Positions 1 to 12,672 are shown, counted from the stretch's first letter. The stretch: DNA of 64,000 nt from Paragordius varius (GCA_964247055.1 OZ176053.1:10044001-10108000), one strand, 5' to 3'. The notes: generated from the sequence alone by a model not told the origin. Program-made: numbers and translations.

Positions 1-3000
1 TGAAAATCAGTAGGTATCTTGGACTTTCGGGTAGAAAGGGAAGTATGCATACTTGAGCGATTGCAGGAAATATTGATAGAGCTAATATTAATAATAATTT
101 TTCAATATTAAACAATATAAATATGACATATAAAATAGCGCTATATTTAATTAACAGTGGTGTACATAGCTGTTGTAACGAGTGTACATAGACCAAAACC
201 TTCTCCTATGCAAGATTTAATTTACATTTTTTCATGTTACGGTACCTAAAACTGGCTAATTTGATATTTATCTCAAAATTCAATTTGATGATACACAAAA
301 ATAATAACTAGGATAAAAAATATATAATTTGAGCTAGCGTATTCATTTGCCGCAAAAATTATTATTTGTTGACAACCTAGTTTTCTGAAATATTGAGAGA
401 AAATCGAAATCGAGCAAAAAGTGAAAATTAAGGATAACTCAAAAAATAATGATAGAATATGAAATATTATTGTTTATTATCATTTTAGGAGATATTTTCA
501 ATATATAAATAGCCTAAAATCATATAGTTAGGGTTTCTATAAAATATCAGGTCAAAAGATGGCGTTTTTCTTTTATCGCACTTAAAAGACAAAAAAATTT
601 AATGAAACTTTATTTAAATAATGTGTTTTAATTATTTACTACCTAAACTCACTATTAAAATCTTAACATTCATATTTTATTTAGGAAAATAAACTTCTAT
701 ATCAAAATAAAACTAAAATTATTGTTTTTTATTTTTGCATTTTTTTGTCATCTGGTTTATGAGTGTATGAAAAATTTATACTGTTTTATTTTGGATTCTT
801 AAATTAGTGGGAATTATTAAGTATATAATATATACAAAATAGGATTGAAAATAAGTGGAATATCAACCAACAATCCGTACAAATCCCAATACAAATATTA
901 ATTTGTCATAAAACAGACTTGTTACAGGAAATTGTAAGGATTGTTGGTTGATATTCCACTACTTTTTAATCCTATTTTAATTGTATACTTAATAATGCCT
1001 AATCATGTAAGAATCCAAAATAAAACAGTATAAATTTTTTATATACTCATAAACCAGATGATAAAAAATGCAAAAATAAAAAAACAATATTTTTGGTTTT
1101 ATTTTGATTTAGAAGTTTATTTTACTGAATAAAATATGAATGTAAAGATTAGTGAGTTTAGGTAGTAAATAATTAAAAAAAATTATTTTAATATAGTTTA
1201 AATAAATTTTTTTGTGTTTTAAGTGTGATAAAAGAAAAACGCCATCTTTTGACCTGATATTTTATAGAAACCCTATATGATTTTAGGCTATTGATATATT
1301 GAAAATATCTCCTAAAATGATATTAAACGATAATATTTCATATTTTTCTTATTTTTTGAGTTATCCTTAATTTTCACTTTTTGCCCGATTTCGATTTTCT
1401 CTCAATAATTCAGAAAACTAGGTTGTCAACAAAAAAAAATTTTTGCGGCAAATGAATACGCTGGTCATAAGCTATCTCATGAAAAAAAATTTTTCGTTAA
1501 ATCAAAATGACCCTCTTTTTTGCACACAGTGTTATATATTACCTTTCATTTAATACTTTGCGCTTAAACGTATGCATTGAAGGAATAGAAATCTTTATTG
1601 TCATAAAAACTATGGTATTCATTAATATAAAAAAAGACTATAATTCCACACTTATGCATACGGAAAAACCGACGTTCGACATATTTCTGCTATTTTAAAA
1701 TTGAAACGTAAAATATTTATGTACCTGGCTTACTATGCATCGTTTTCTACCCTTAAAAATCAATAAAATTAACTATAAAAAGTTTTTCAAAAATACTCCT
1801 AGTGTACTTTTATTACAGCGCTGGGTGCTCCAAACTCCCTCTAAATACACGGCCATCGAATAATAATTTTAATATATATGTATGTATGTATGTAACTAAC
1901 CGAAAAGAAGGGGCCAAAGGGACTCTGTCCCCATTATTTGTGGTAGGCCGAGAACTTGTGAAATAAAGATTGCCAAACTAAGCATCACTTGATGAGCTGA
2001 ACACATTGAACCTCTCAAATTTATAGGTGCCACTTCGGCCAGATAGATTGAAACCGCCCCTGAAGCTATGCCTAAAAATGTGTTTTACATAATATCTTTC
2101 AAATGTTTAATTTTATCATTCATAAGTTGATAAAATAATTAAAGATTGAATTATAAATTGTTATATTTTTTATGTTTCCAATATATTCTTACCATTATTG
2201 AAACCAATGAAGAGCCGTGCTATAATGAGCATTTCGTAAGAGGATGCAAGTTTGCAGGTTAGAATAAGGATTGCGGCCAAGAATGTCAATATATTATTCG
2301 TAATTAATGTACGTTTCCTTGATAAAACGACACAAAATGTAATATGAGAAAATTAATTTATGTATACCGCAAAAAAACTAATTAAAATCTCAAGTTGACG
2401 ATTGTTTCTCATTTTTAAGTACCGCTAGTTTCTCCAAAACAAAAAAAGGTTAAATTAAACAATTTGTAATTAGTATCCAATCCATACAACCTTTGAATGT
2501 AAATGAATTAATTACTTTCTTTGTCATTAACGCAAATTACTATAGATTTAGAAATATCAAAAATTTAATTAGCACTTACTCAATACAATAACTAAAACAA
2601 CGCATAATATTTAAAAAAATTAAATCACACATAGGACTCCCCAATCATTTCTCATAATAAATAATAAACAGCGAACATAAACTAATTGGCGGTTCATTTT
2701 GTATTAATCAACACTTGGCTACAACACACTCATTTTAGTCCTTCGATTCAAATTGGGGTAGTTGGATACCCCAGGACTGTTTAAAATCAAATACTTTAAA
2801 AAGTATAGAAGGAATCGAAACCATGGCAAAATTTTGCACTTATATAACATTAATAAACCGAAATATATTACTAATTTTAAGTTAAAACCGAAAGGTAAAA
2901 ATTTCGTAAAAGTGACATGTGTGAAATGGTAAAATTAAAAAATAATACAAATAGAACCGCTTTTTCTATTTCTATCCATGTAAGATTTAATATAAATAAA

Positions 3001-4547
3001 AAATTATCTTTGTTTTTACCCTTAAAATTAAATGAAGACGATATTTTGCAAAAATTTTATAAAATAAAAATGGCGGCCAAGTAATTTGACATGAAACTTT
3101 TTTTCAAAACAAAATTTTATTTAGATATTTTGGCTTATTTATATAATTTTTATTAGGATAGAAGCAAAAATTTAAATTGGGACCGTTTCCTTCAGTAGTT
3201 TTTTAAAAATTATAATTTAAATTTAGTCTGGGGTATTTAGATACCCCAATTTGAATCGAAGTGTTAAAATCGGCATTCTCTTAAACTTAGTAGTTTGTGA
3301 GTATTACGCCATCGTATCTAAAAAACAATAGATCCTTCTTTTAAAATTTGTTTAAAGATAGTTGTAAAATAATTCCAAATATTAATGTAAAAAAGCTGAA
3401 TATATAATATAAAATTTAATTCAATTCAATCATTGCTGCTCAAAAAGGGTCATGATGCAGATTAATTTCTATCATAATTGGAGCCATTATGGCGAAGTTT
3501 ATCCTGTAATTATTAAAAGAAAATTACCGGCCTAAAAAGTCGCAAAAGAATCCGGATGATAAACCGCCAAACAGACCACTCATATTGGCTATGGCAACGG
3601 TTAAAGCCCAATAACCTGTCACTTGAGATTTTCTCATATATATGTTGTGTCTGTGATAGTAGGTCGTATTATACCAACCCGTAACAATCTTAGAAATATG
3701 ATAATAATAATAATAATAATTATTTTTATCAAATTAAAAGTTAAGCAATTATTTATATGCAATTGTTTATGCTTATTTAAGGCATTTTGAATATTATCAC
3801 AAATACTTTCTGTTTTAGATAAATATAATGGAAAAAAATGATATATTTATGTGTTTAATATTTAAATCAAAATTAAAATTATCTTTTTTTATGATGGATC
3901 TACCTTTTGTGGTGCGTTAACCACACCAATGGCCCAACCATATTGAAATGAACTTAAGGTTATGGTTAAAACTGTGATTGCCAACATGCGTGTCAATTTC
4001 TAATTGAGAAAAAATACACTATTGAAATAAATAATAAACTAAGTTTCTCAAGTTTGAATGCCATTACCTTATTTTTAACATGAATATGCGTATTAACATC
4101 CAGCGGTTGTGGAACATGGTCAGAAACATTACTCACTACTGCGCGGGGAAATATAGATTTGCGGGTAGTTCGTCTTCGAATATAATCAATCTCTCTGCCT
4201 TCCGTATCGAGGGGACCTTCATCCTGGTGACTGAAATTACTAACCTGAATATTGGCTAGGGATGGTTTAAGTTCCTCGTGCATCTCATCCAACTTGGTTA
4301 AGCGGTCAACCGATAAAGTCATTCTATGCTTTTTGGCTGCAGCGCCTAAATTAGCTATTTTTTGGACCAAACTTGGCCGATTAGCTGAGACATCGTAAGT
4401 GGCTAACCTTGGACGTTCAAATTTCGATAACTTTGGTTCGTTCGGTGCTGGAATTTTATTAGACGGCGTTAATTCAGGGACAGGGGCTACATTACCCTTT
4501 ATAAATCCGTTTTTTAGTTGTCTAATTGTTTCCTCCTTTTGTTCCAT
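1..4547 (-). CDS. SLC2A/GLUT-family facilitated sugar transporter, paralogue A (multi-exon, continues past window start)
   Basis: Hand-spliced GT-AG exons 4547-4068, 3999-3904 (KLTRMLAITVLTITLSSFQYGWAIGVVNAPQK), 3688-3528 (...GLFGGLSSGFFCDFLGR), 2317-2193 (KRTLITNN...SSYEMLIIARLFIGFNNG), 2071-1901 (IYLAEVAPINLRGSMCSAHQV...), 81-1 (LSIFPAIAQVCILPFLPESPRYLLIF). Sugar-porter motifs present: GWAIGVVNAP, E-x-A-P-x-x-L-R-G, PESPRYL. Exons 2-5 are 96/161/125/171 nt, identical to the plus-strand paralogue. Confidence 0.93.
336..1462. mobile_element. Foldback/large-TIR non-autonomous element (near-perfect ~1.1-kb palindrome) in an intron of GLUT paralogue A
   Basis: Left arm ~336-887 (agcgtattcatttgccgcaaaaat...agtggaatatcaaccaacaatcc) is the reverse complement of right arm ~928-1462 with scattered substitutions and indels. 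Spacer ~40 bp. No ORF; no clear TSD found. Confidence 0.85.
2708..3267 (+). mobile_element. piggyBac-like (TTAA-flanked) MITE, copy 1
   Basis: TCAA-CACTT...cttcgattcaaattggggta start; taccccaatttgaatcgAAGTG-TTAA end. Homologous to copies at 11628, 31827 and 42277. Lies in an intron of GLUT paralogue A. Confidence 0.85.
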
Positions 4548-5570
4548 GTTTGATTGATTTCAAAATTGTGTAAAGATACCAATGTATGAGGTAATTAAGT
4601 AAATTTATTCATTGATGAATATGAAGTTATTGGGGCGCATATCTCAAATATTTACGGTTTAAAAAAATTGGTTATCGAAATTCAATATTATTTTAACCCT
4701 TTCATAAAGTTATGTGATTGATAAGGCGCCTATTAATCATGATAAAAATTAAATTTATAAATATTTTTTCAATATTTAAGTTAAACAAATATAAAAGTTT
4801 ATATAAGGTATAAAAGATAAGGAAAAAAGTGCCGTTTTTATGCCAACGTTATTATAATATATCTATCTATATTGATATATTGTTGCACATTAATAACATG
4901 TTAATAGCTTAAAAACATAGTTTTATCTTTTGTTTATTTTTTCAAAAAAACTAAATTGTTTCAATCAGCAAAATCAAGTGATATGCATTTCATATTCAAT
5001 ATAGTATATGAAAATTGGGATTTATCGTTATATTTTTTCGTATTGTCAAATCATAAAAACCATAATGTACCCAAAGTGGGCCCAAAAATTCAATCAATTT
5101 ATTATGGTTACGATTTGGTCCAATTTTGTGTGTGCACATATGAATAATATAAAAAATATCCGTAGGCTATTAACTTTCAATTGTCACAATTTAACGGTAA
5201 AAAATTCACCCAAATTGAACTATATATTCAAAACTAGTACATGTTTCCATATAAAATCTTAAAATACAATTGGTTGTTTGGTTGATTGGTTGGTTAGTTG
5301 GTTGGTTGTGGTAAAGAAATAAACTCCTGGACATAAAGCGTAAATTCCCATAAAATTGAGACGATGAGTTATTGAATTAAATGTCATATAGGCGCTTAAG
5401 GGCCCATAAAATGAATAGTCAATTTGTAATGTAAGGATTATATAAATTTGTTAATAATATTTATAATAAATTTACATAGTTTGAACGGATTATAAAGAAC
5501 TCAATTTTATGCACATTTCATCGTTAGATTAAGGTTAATATTTATATCTAATAATATTAAGAGGATAAAT
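4548..5570. promoter_or_regulatory. Probable shared bidirectional promoter/5' UTR region between divergent GLUT paralogues
   Basis: About 1 kb separates the two divergent ATGs (4547 minus, 5571 plus); contains a (TTGG)n tract at ~5272-5310. Regulatory role is inferred from the geometry only. Confidence 0.5.
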
Positions 5571-8500
5571 ATGAGTGATAAAAATATAATCCCTAACAAT
5601 AATAAATCCAAAAGAAAAATAACTAAATTTATAAGGAGAAAATCTTCTAATGATTCTCTGGAAAACGGTACACCTTCACCCACAGAAGATAATGTAAATG
5701 AGGTTGACAATCCTAATACCAATACAGATTCCATGCCACATCCTAGTCGAATTCACCCAATGACCATCGGAGACTCTGATGAAATTGATGATACAGATTT
5801 CGATTCAATCGATCTGAATGATGATGACGGTGATGCGAATCATGAAAAAATTAATGGAGACCTTCATCAAAAGGTAGATACATTTAAACGACAATCGGCT
5901 CATAGAGTGAGTCGTGTGCGACAAAATGAAGCTGATATAAAACCTAAAACTAGCCACATACGGAAACAAGAATCTGCCCTAAATTTGGTCGAAGTTGGAA
6001 AAAAGATTTCGTTAGTCGAAACACTTGGCGGTGTTCGACGCAGAGATACACAGGAACCAATAAAGGATTTGGTAGACAAAGGATCAGATACGGCTGAACC
6101 AAAGAAAAAAGTTAGTTTTAATAAATATAAACCAACCGTTCCTACCTATCTTATGAATGATATCATGAGTACTAATCCCCAAGAATTGGACGAGGACACC
6201 GAGTTACACGTAAAGAAAAAAGTACGATTTTTTATTTTTCTTTTAATAACGAACAAAGGTGAGAAAATAGAAAATTCGGATGTTCTTCTGTTATTTTTAA
6301 TTGGTTCTATTTCATAGATATTGATGTAAACTAATTTAATTTTTTAGAATGTCACATGTATGCTCCTCTGCACAGTTTCTGCCATTGCATTGAGCTCCTT
6401 ACAATACGGCTGGGCTATTGGAGTAGTTAATGCCCCACAAAAGGTATGAAATACTTATTGTTATAAAATTCAGATATTATAATAATAAGACACCTTGGTC
6501 CAAAATATGATCTATGGAGAAAAATAAATGTGCATTGTGTGTAAATATATAATTTTTCGTTTTTTCTTGCTTAAATTTCATATATTTTGCAACTATGTGA
6601 TCATAAAATATATTACACACTCATTTAAATTTTGCCATATTAACTAATATTATATATATTACCCATATATGCCCAATAAATATGGCTGTTTACTGTATCA
6701 TCTTTCTTACAAATCTATTTGTATTAGATTGTTACTAATTGGTACAATGAAACAAATATTCAGCGCCGTGGTGTCGGTATCTCGTACAGCCACATGACAA
6801 TTCTGTGGGCAATCACGGTTGCCATATACAATGTGAGTGGCTTCTTTGGTGGTTTAATGGCCGGATACTATTGTGACAGATTTGGCAGGCATGATCATTA
6901 ATATGTTTTATAGGAAAAATATAAATAAGACAATGTGTTATTTATTTTGTTTTAGCTATTCTATTTAAAATACCTAATATGAGATGTTAAAGCTAGTAAT
7001 AAACTTTATTTGAATCGTAATTTGGTTAAACAAAAGAGGGCTGTTTTATTTCTATATAAAATCAAGGATATAAATCAAATATATTGGAAAATTATTTTTG
7101 TTTTTTATAATACATTAAAAAGTTGGCAACTGAAATTAGCTAATGCAATAAAAAATTTATCGAAATTAAGCATTTTACATCATAAAACGATCACCCTTTA
7201 AATAGTTTATGATAAAAACAACCAGAAAAAATAGCCAAAATAGCACCTCCTTTTTTAAAAAATAGAATCCTAGCTTAAATATATGTTTCTTATCTTATAT
7301 AAAAATAAATGGTATAAGCGTGCAATTTTTTAAAAAAATTTGGGATTCATTCGCCATTTTTTAGGCGGTATATCAATTTGCTTATATAGCTATAATACCC
7401 GGATAGTTTCACCACTTGGCAATAAGTTTTTATCACCTTCATAACGACGCTATAAATTGAGCCTATAATTTGGGGCAAAGCTCGCTGAAAATTATTTTAA
7501 AAGTAAATTCGACATAAGAGGCGAAATACTAGACCTATCCGACCAAAAAATTTAAATAGCGTTTACCTTAATAAAATATGATGGTGACTGCAAACCTAAT
7601 GACATTGCTTTTTCCATTATTAAATTACAAAGTAAATTGTTATTATATGATTTATTTTTTATCACAGAAAGAAGACTTTATTGATTAATAATGCCATAAC
7701 GTTTGTTGGGTCAATTTTATTTTTAACATCCAAAGTAGCATCATCGTACGAAATGGTAATTCTTGGCAGATTATTTATTGGATATAACTGTGGTAACTTA
7801 CAAATTAATTAATACTAACCCTAACCATGGCATTTTAAACTATTTAATCCAAAACATTTTTTTCCTATTTATTAATTATTTATATTGTCATATTTTATAA
7901 CATCAATAGGAGTCAGCTCAAGTAGTGTGGCCATTTATTTGAGCGAAATCGCACCAGTCAACCTCAGAGGAGCTGTATGTTCAGCTCATCAAGTTTTTCT
8001 CAGTTTAGGCATAGTGTTATCCCAAATTATAGGATTGCCACATGTTTTGGGTACCGAATCCGGTTGGCCAATCTTATTTTGTAAACATATTTAATAGTTT
8101 TACTCTCAGTATTTTAAATATCTTTTAAACTATTATTCGTAATCGTTTACCAATTTAGCACTTGCAATTGTTCCCGCTATCATACAATTGGTGGTTTTGC
8201 CAATGATGCCAGAAAGTCCAAGATATTTGTTGATTTATAAAGGGAGAGAACAGAGAGCTAGAAAAGGTGTTCCATTCTAATTTTCATTAAGAAAGATTGA
8301 GAATTGAGTTCTACCTATGGATTTATAAAATAACAATATTTTTGGTTGATTATCATATATAATAATTAAATTTCATTTAATATAAAATGAAGCATTACAA
8401 CGACTCCGAAATAGTGATGATGTTGAAGATGAAATTCAACAAATGAAGGTGGAATACGAAGATCAAAAGCGATTGCCTAAGGTCACATGGTCAGATATGA

Positions 8501-10499
8501 TTAGAAAGGGAGTATATCGAAAACCGCTAATTATATCAAGTGAAACGCATGTTAGTCAGCAACTCTCAGCTATAAGCGCCGTAAAATATAATTTTAATGT
8601 TAAATATAGGAAATGTATTTTCTTAAAAAGAGGATACCCAGGGTGATATTATAAAGTGTGCGCATTTTTATCTAAAAATGTTCCAAAATATATTCTACAA
8701 GCCTTAATAATTTTATTTTACGCTAATGTTTTGGTGTCAGCCAAAGGAATATTTATGATTAAAGAGCATACGGAAAATTTGAATTTAGCAAGGCTTTGAA
8801 ATGCAAGGAACGGGAACCGGTCTGGTCCCTAGGAAGACTAGAGTCAGGGTGGTTCCTGTGAACCAGGTGGGCTTGTTGAAGATTTAACGGTTACAGAACC
8901 GGTTTTTTTATATTTGGAACCGGTTCCAATTGGGTTAAATTATTTTTACAACATAATATCATAATAATATAAACTATAATATCAGCAATAGATCACAACA
9001 TAATTTATTAGGAAAAACAAAAGGCCAAATTTATAAGTGGTAGGTGATAAGTGTGTCATTAATGGAGATTTTTATAAAACTATAATGATTTCAACAAGGA
9101 ATCAGCTGGTCAAACTATTTTTCAGATTTGAAATTATAAATTATATGATCATTTTGAAAATGTTTGAACAACAAATGATATTCTTCCATTTTGATGGGCC
9201 CGAAAAAAGGTTATCATAGAATAAAATTTAAATAATAAATTAAACAATAATTTTTTTATTTTAAAAATATAAACATATGGGAATCACTTAGTTGGAGGTG
9301 GAACCGAGACTAATTCCTAAGATTTTTAAATGGAGCAGGGGTGGTATTAACCCAACGAAACCGGTTCCTGATATTTTAGCAATCGGGTTTCGGTTTAATA
9401 TGGTTCAGGTTCCGGTTCGAATCCCTGAATTCAGTCATTTTTCAATATTTTTTAGTTAAATAATTTAGTAATTTAAGATAAATATAATTTTTCATCTAAA
9501 ATTTAACATTCCCACAAATTTATTGGTATATTACCAGTTATAGTGTACATAAAGCGATTTAGTATAACAAACTTTATATCATATATATACCATAGGTTTT
9601 ATCCTATTCCACAAGTTTATTCCTTAAAGCAAATCTCTCGGACGACAATGCAAAGTATGCTACCATTGGGATGGGAGTTTTGTACTTTTTATTGTGCGGA
9701 CTCTCTTCTCTAGTGGTGGAACGAGCCGGTCGAAGAACACTTTATTTAACCGGGTTGGGTGGAATGTGGTTTAGCTCAATTCTATTGACCATCATGTTAG
9801 TGCAAAGCAATAGGGGCAAAACATGGGCATCATATTTATCCATACTCTTTGTCTTTACATACGTGGGATTTTGTGCAATAGGACCAAGTATAATAACTTC
9901 TATTGCTATAATCTATTTTTGAACAATGTTAAATAGCCATATTTACAAACAAAAATTATAACGCAACATTTCATACATTGACCGTATAACTAATAAATAA
10001 TTTAAGGTGTCATTGCGTGGTTCATCGCTTCCGAATTGTTTACGCAAGCCGCTCGGCCAAAAGGCGCAAGCCTTGCTGTATGTTTCAATTGGGGGTCAAG
10101 TTTTATAGCTGTGCTATTATTTCCTATCTTATTAGTAAATAATTTAAATACTTAACTTTTTATTGGAATAGTGTGTTTTAACTTTTCTATTAATATCCAT
10201 CACTTTAAATATTAAAACTAAACAAATTTTACACGAATATATATTTTTATTGTCAATAGGCAACTATTGGAGATTACACCTTTTTAGTGCTCATGGTTCT
10301 ACTTACCCTATTTTGGTTTTATACCTACTTCTTTTTGCCTGAAACTCAAGGACGTACTTCGGATGAGCTTTCACGCCTATTTATGTCAAACGAAGAAAAA
10401 AGTGCCATTTATAAATTTTGGAAAAATTATCGATTTCGTCAAGCAAAACGACGACATCATCCCCACAGACATCAACATAACTATGATACTCGGATGTAA
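5571..10499 (+). CDS. SLC2A/GLUT-family facilitated sugar transporter, paralogue B, with 217-aa cytoplasmic N-terminal extension
   Basis: Exons 5571-6221, 6348-6443 (LQYGWAIGVVNAPQK), 6728-6888 (ends at GC donor), 7668-7792, 7910-8080, 8159-~8265 (PESPRYL), 8393-8580 (SQQLSAISA), 9596-9887 (VVERAGRRTL), 10007-~10134 (WFIASELF...NW), 10260-10499 (PETQGRT...stop). All 12-TM sugar-porter signatures appear in order, and the frame is consistent across junctions. Confidence 0.95.
8804..9427. mobile_element. Degenerate non-autonomous DNA transposon with subterminal GAACCGG motifs (hAT-like)
   Basis: Multiple gaaccgg/ccggttc motifs cluster at both ends in opposite orientation; right end ...ccggttcgaatccctg resembles the reverse complement of left end caaggaacgggaaccgg. 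No matching TSD. Intronic in GLUT B. Confidence 0.5.
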
Positions 10500-11083
10500 A
10501 ATAGAATAAAAGATTGTAAATTTTGGATAATAAATGTTAAATATAATTTTTTGAAATTAGCAATACACATATGAGATTAAGAGATATGTTAGCTGAATAC
10601 ACATACCAGCTCATATGTCATTTTTACCTCTTTTTGTGATATATTTATTTATGTGATTTGACCGTTTTTATAACCATCATATAAACAATATAATGGGGTA
10701 TATTATAATGATATGCTTAATAATGTAATACAAAAAACAGATAGATAACACGAATTGATAAATATTGTGTTAGTATTATACGCACTTTCTTACCTGTTGG
10801 GGTAGGTTTTTACAGGAAATATAAAAATATTTCATTATCTAGGAGCCAATACTAGCCTTTTGGGAGCATTACACAAAAAGATATTTGATTGAAAAATGTT
10901 AAAATCCTAATCTAAAGGTTTTCGTCGGCAAATATTTTTTGGATTTTTTTTATAAAGAGCCAATAAACTGGAAATAATATTATGGTTAAAATAAAAAAAT
11001 TAACAGATTAAACATCAGCTGTTTAATGTTATTTACATAATTTACACATACGGAATAAAGGGCTTACACATAATATTAATAAA

Positions 11084-11346
11084 TACAGTAAAAATTGAAA
11101 TTATACGGTCAAAACGTAAAAACAAATATATTTTTCAAAAGACAACCATACTTTTTCAAATCTTTTTCATATAAAAGCTGAGATCTAATATATAAAATTG
11201 ATTGTGCTAGTAAGATATATCCACTTTACAATATTAAATAATGAGTTATATTTAAAAATATTAAGAGTTAAAAATAATGGTTGTCGTTTGAAAAATATTT
11301 ATTTTCATATTTTTACGTTTTGTCCGTATAATTAATTTTTACTGTA
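11084..11346. mobile_element. Tc1/mariner-type MITE
   Basis: TA-CAGTAAAAATT...AATTTTTACTG-TA with ~65-bp imperfect TIRs (11086-11149 vs ~11277-11344) and a TA target duplication. Confidence 0.75.
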
Positions 11347-11410
11347 TATAAAATTTATTCTAGCAAAAATGTCCAGAAAGAAAAATACACGAAACTTATG
11401 TTGTAATATA

Positions 11411-12280
11411 TTTAATTTAAATTGGGGTATCTATATACCCGAGACTATATTTAAGTTAATTTTAAAGAACCACTGAAAGAAACGAATTTAATTTATGCTT
11501 CTACCCTAATTAAAATTATATAAATAAGCCGAAATATTTAAATAAAATTTAGTTGAAAAATGTTCCATATCCAACTACTTCGACGCCATTTTTATTTTAG
11601 AACAGTTTTGCAATATATCGTGTTTATTTAACACTTGGATACAACAGACTCATTTTAGTCCTTCGATTCAAATTGGGGTAGTTGGATACCCCAGGCCTGT
11701 TTAAAATCAAATACTTTAAAAGGTATTGAAGGAATCGAAACCATGGCAAAATTTTGCACTCATATAACATTAATAAACCGAAATATATAAAAAAATTATA
11801 TTCAAAAAGACTTGATATTATTTATTTTAAGCAGAAACCCTAAGGTAAAAATTTCGCCAACGTGACATGTGTGAAATTATAAAATCAAAAAATAATACAA
11901 AATAAACCGCTCTTTCTATTTACATCAATGTTAGATATTATTTAATAAAAAATTAGCTTTTATTATACCTTGAAAAAATAATAAAAACGATATTTTGCAA
12001 AAATTTTGCAAAAAAAAATGGCCGCCAAGTAGTTTGACATGGAATTTCAAAACGAAATTTTATTAAGATATTTTAGCTTATTTAGCTAATTTGTATTAGG
12101 ATAGAAGAATAAATTTAAATTAGGACTATTTCCTTCAGTAGTTTTTTTTAAATTTTAACTTTAATTTGGCCTAAGCTATTTTGATACCCCAAATTGAATA
12201 GAAGTGTTAATTTTTAAAGCTAAATTTAAAACTATTTTTATATTAGCATTGATAGCAAAGAAAGCGCAAAACAGAGTTAA
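11411..12280 (-). mobile_element. Older, decayed minus-strand copy of the TTAA MITE, interrupted by copy 2
   Basis: 11411-11627 matches the right part of the family in reverse orientation (aattggggtatctatatacccgagact...cgacgccatttt). The match resumes after 12210 (tttaaagctaaattt...cattgatagcaaagaaagcg). Confidence 0.65.
11628..12210 (+). mobile_element. piggyBac-like MITE, copy 2 (intact TTAA TSDs)
   Basis: TTAA(11628-11631)-CACTTGGATAC...GAAGTG-TTAA(12207-12210). Confidence 0.9.
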
Positions 12281-12419
12281 TATATTTAGAAATATTTGTT
12301 TTTGGCGTTATATAAATAAGTATTATGTGTTATTATAGATAATTTTAGGAAAATTCTAGATTTTTCCAATCGAAAAATTTCAGAATATCTAAATTTTGAT
12401 TTTTATCTTCTAGATTGAT

Positions 12420-12672
12420 CAGAGATGTCCTATATACTCCCTTTTAAATATTTATACACCTCGCAATAAAAAAATTAAAAAAATAATATTTAAAGAATTT
12501 AAGTAAAATTGATAAATTTTCCGAACATCAAACAAAAATTGTTAAAATAAATCGTAATTATATTGTGTTTGTAATTTTTTCAATCTTATGTTGTAAATCT
12601 ATTAAAATATTTATTTTATTGCTCCCATATTTGTCATGTGCAATCCGAGAGCCATTGTGTTGGACACACCTG
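12420..12672. mobile_element. hAT (Charlie-like) MITE, degenerate
   Basis: cagagatgtcc... left end; ...gtgttggacacacctg right end followed by TTCTAGAT. The same octamer occurs 4 nt upstream of the left end. NTCTAGAN is the known Charlie target preference. Confidence 0.5.

Noticed and set aside
5507-5734. Minus-strand ORF, and similar antisense ORFs at 14295, 18639, 48207, 50245, 52974 and 55174, plus the plus-strand ORF at 63354
   Set aside because: They overlap well-supported exons on the opposite strand and are shadows of those exons.
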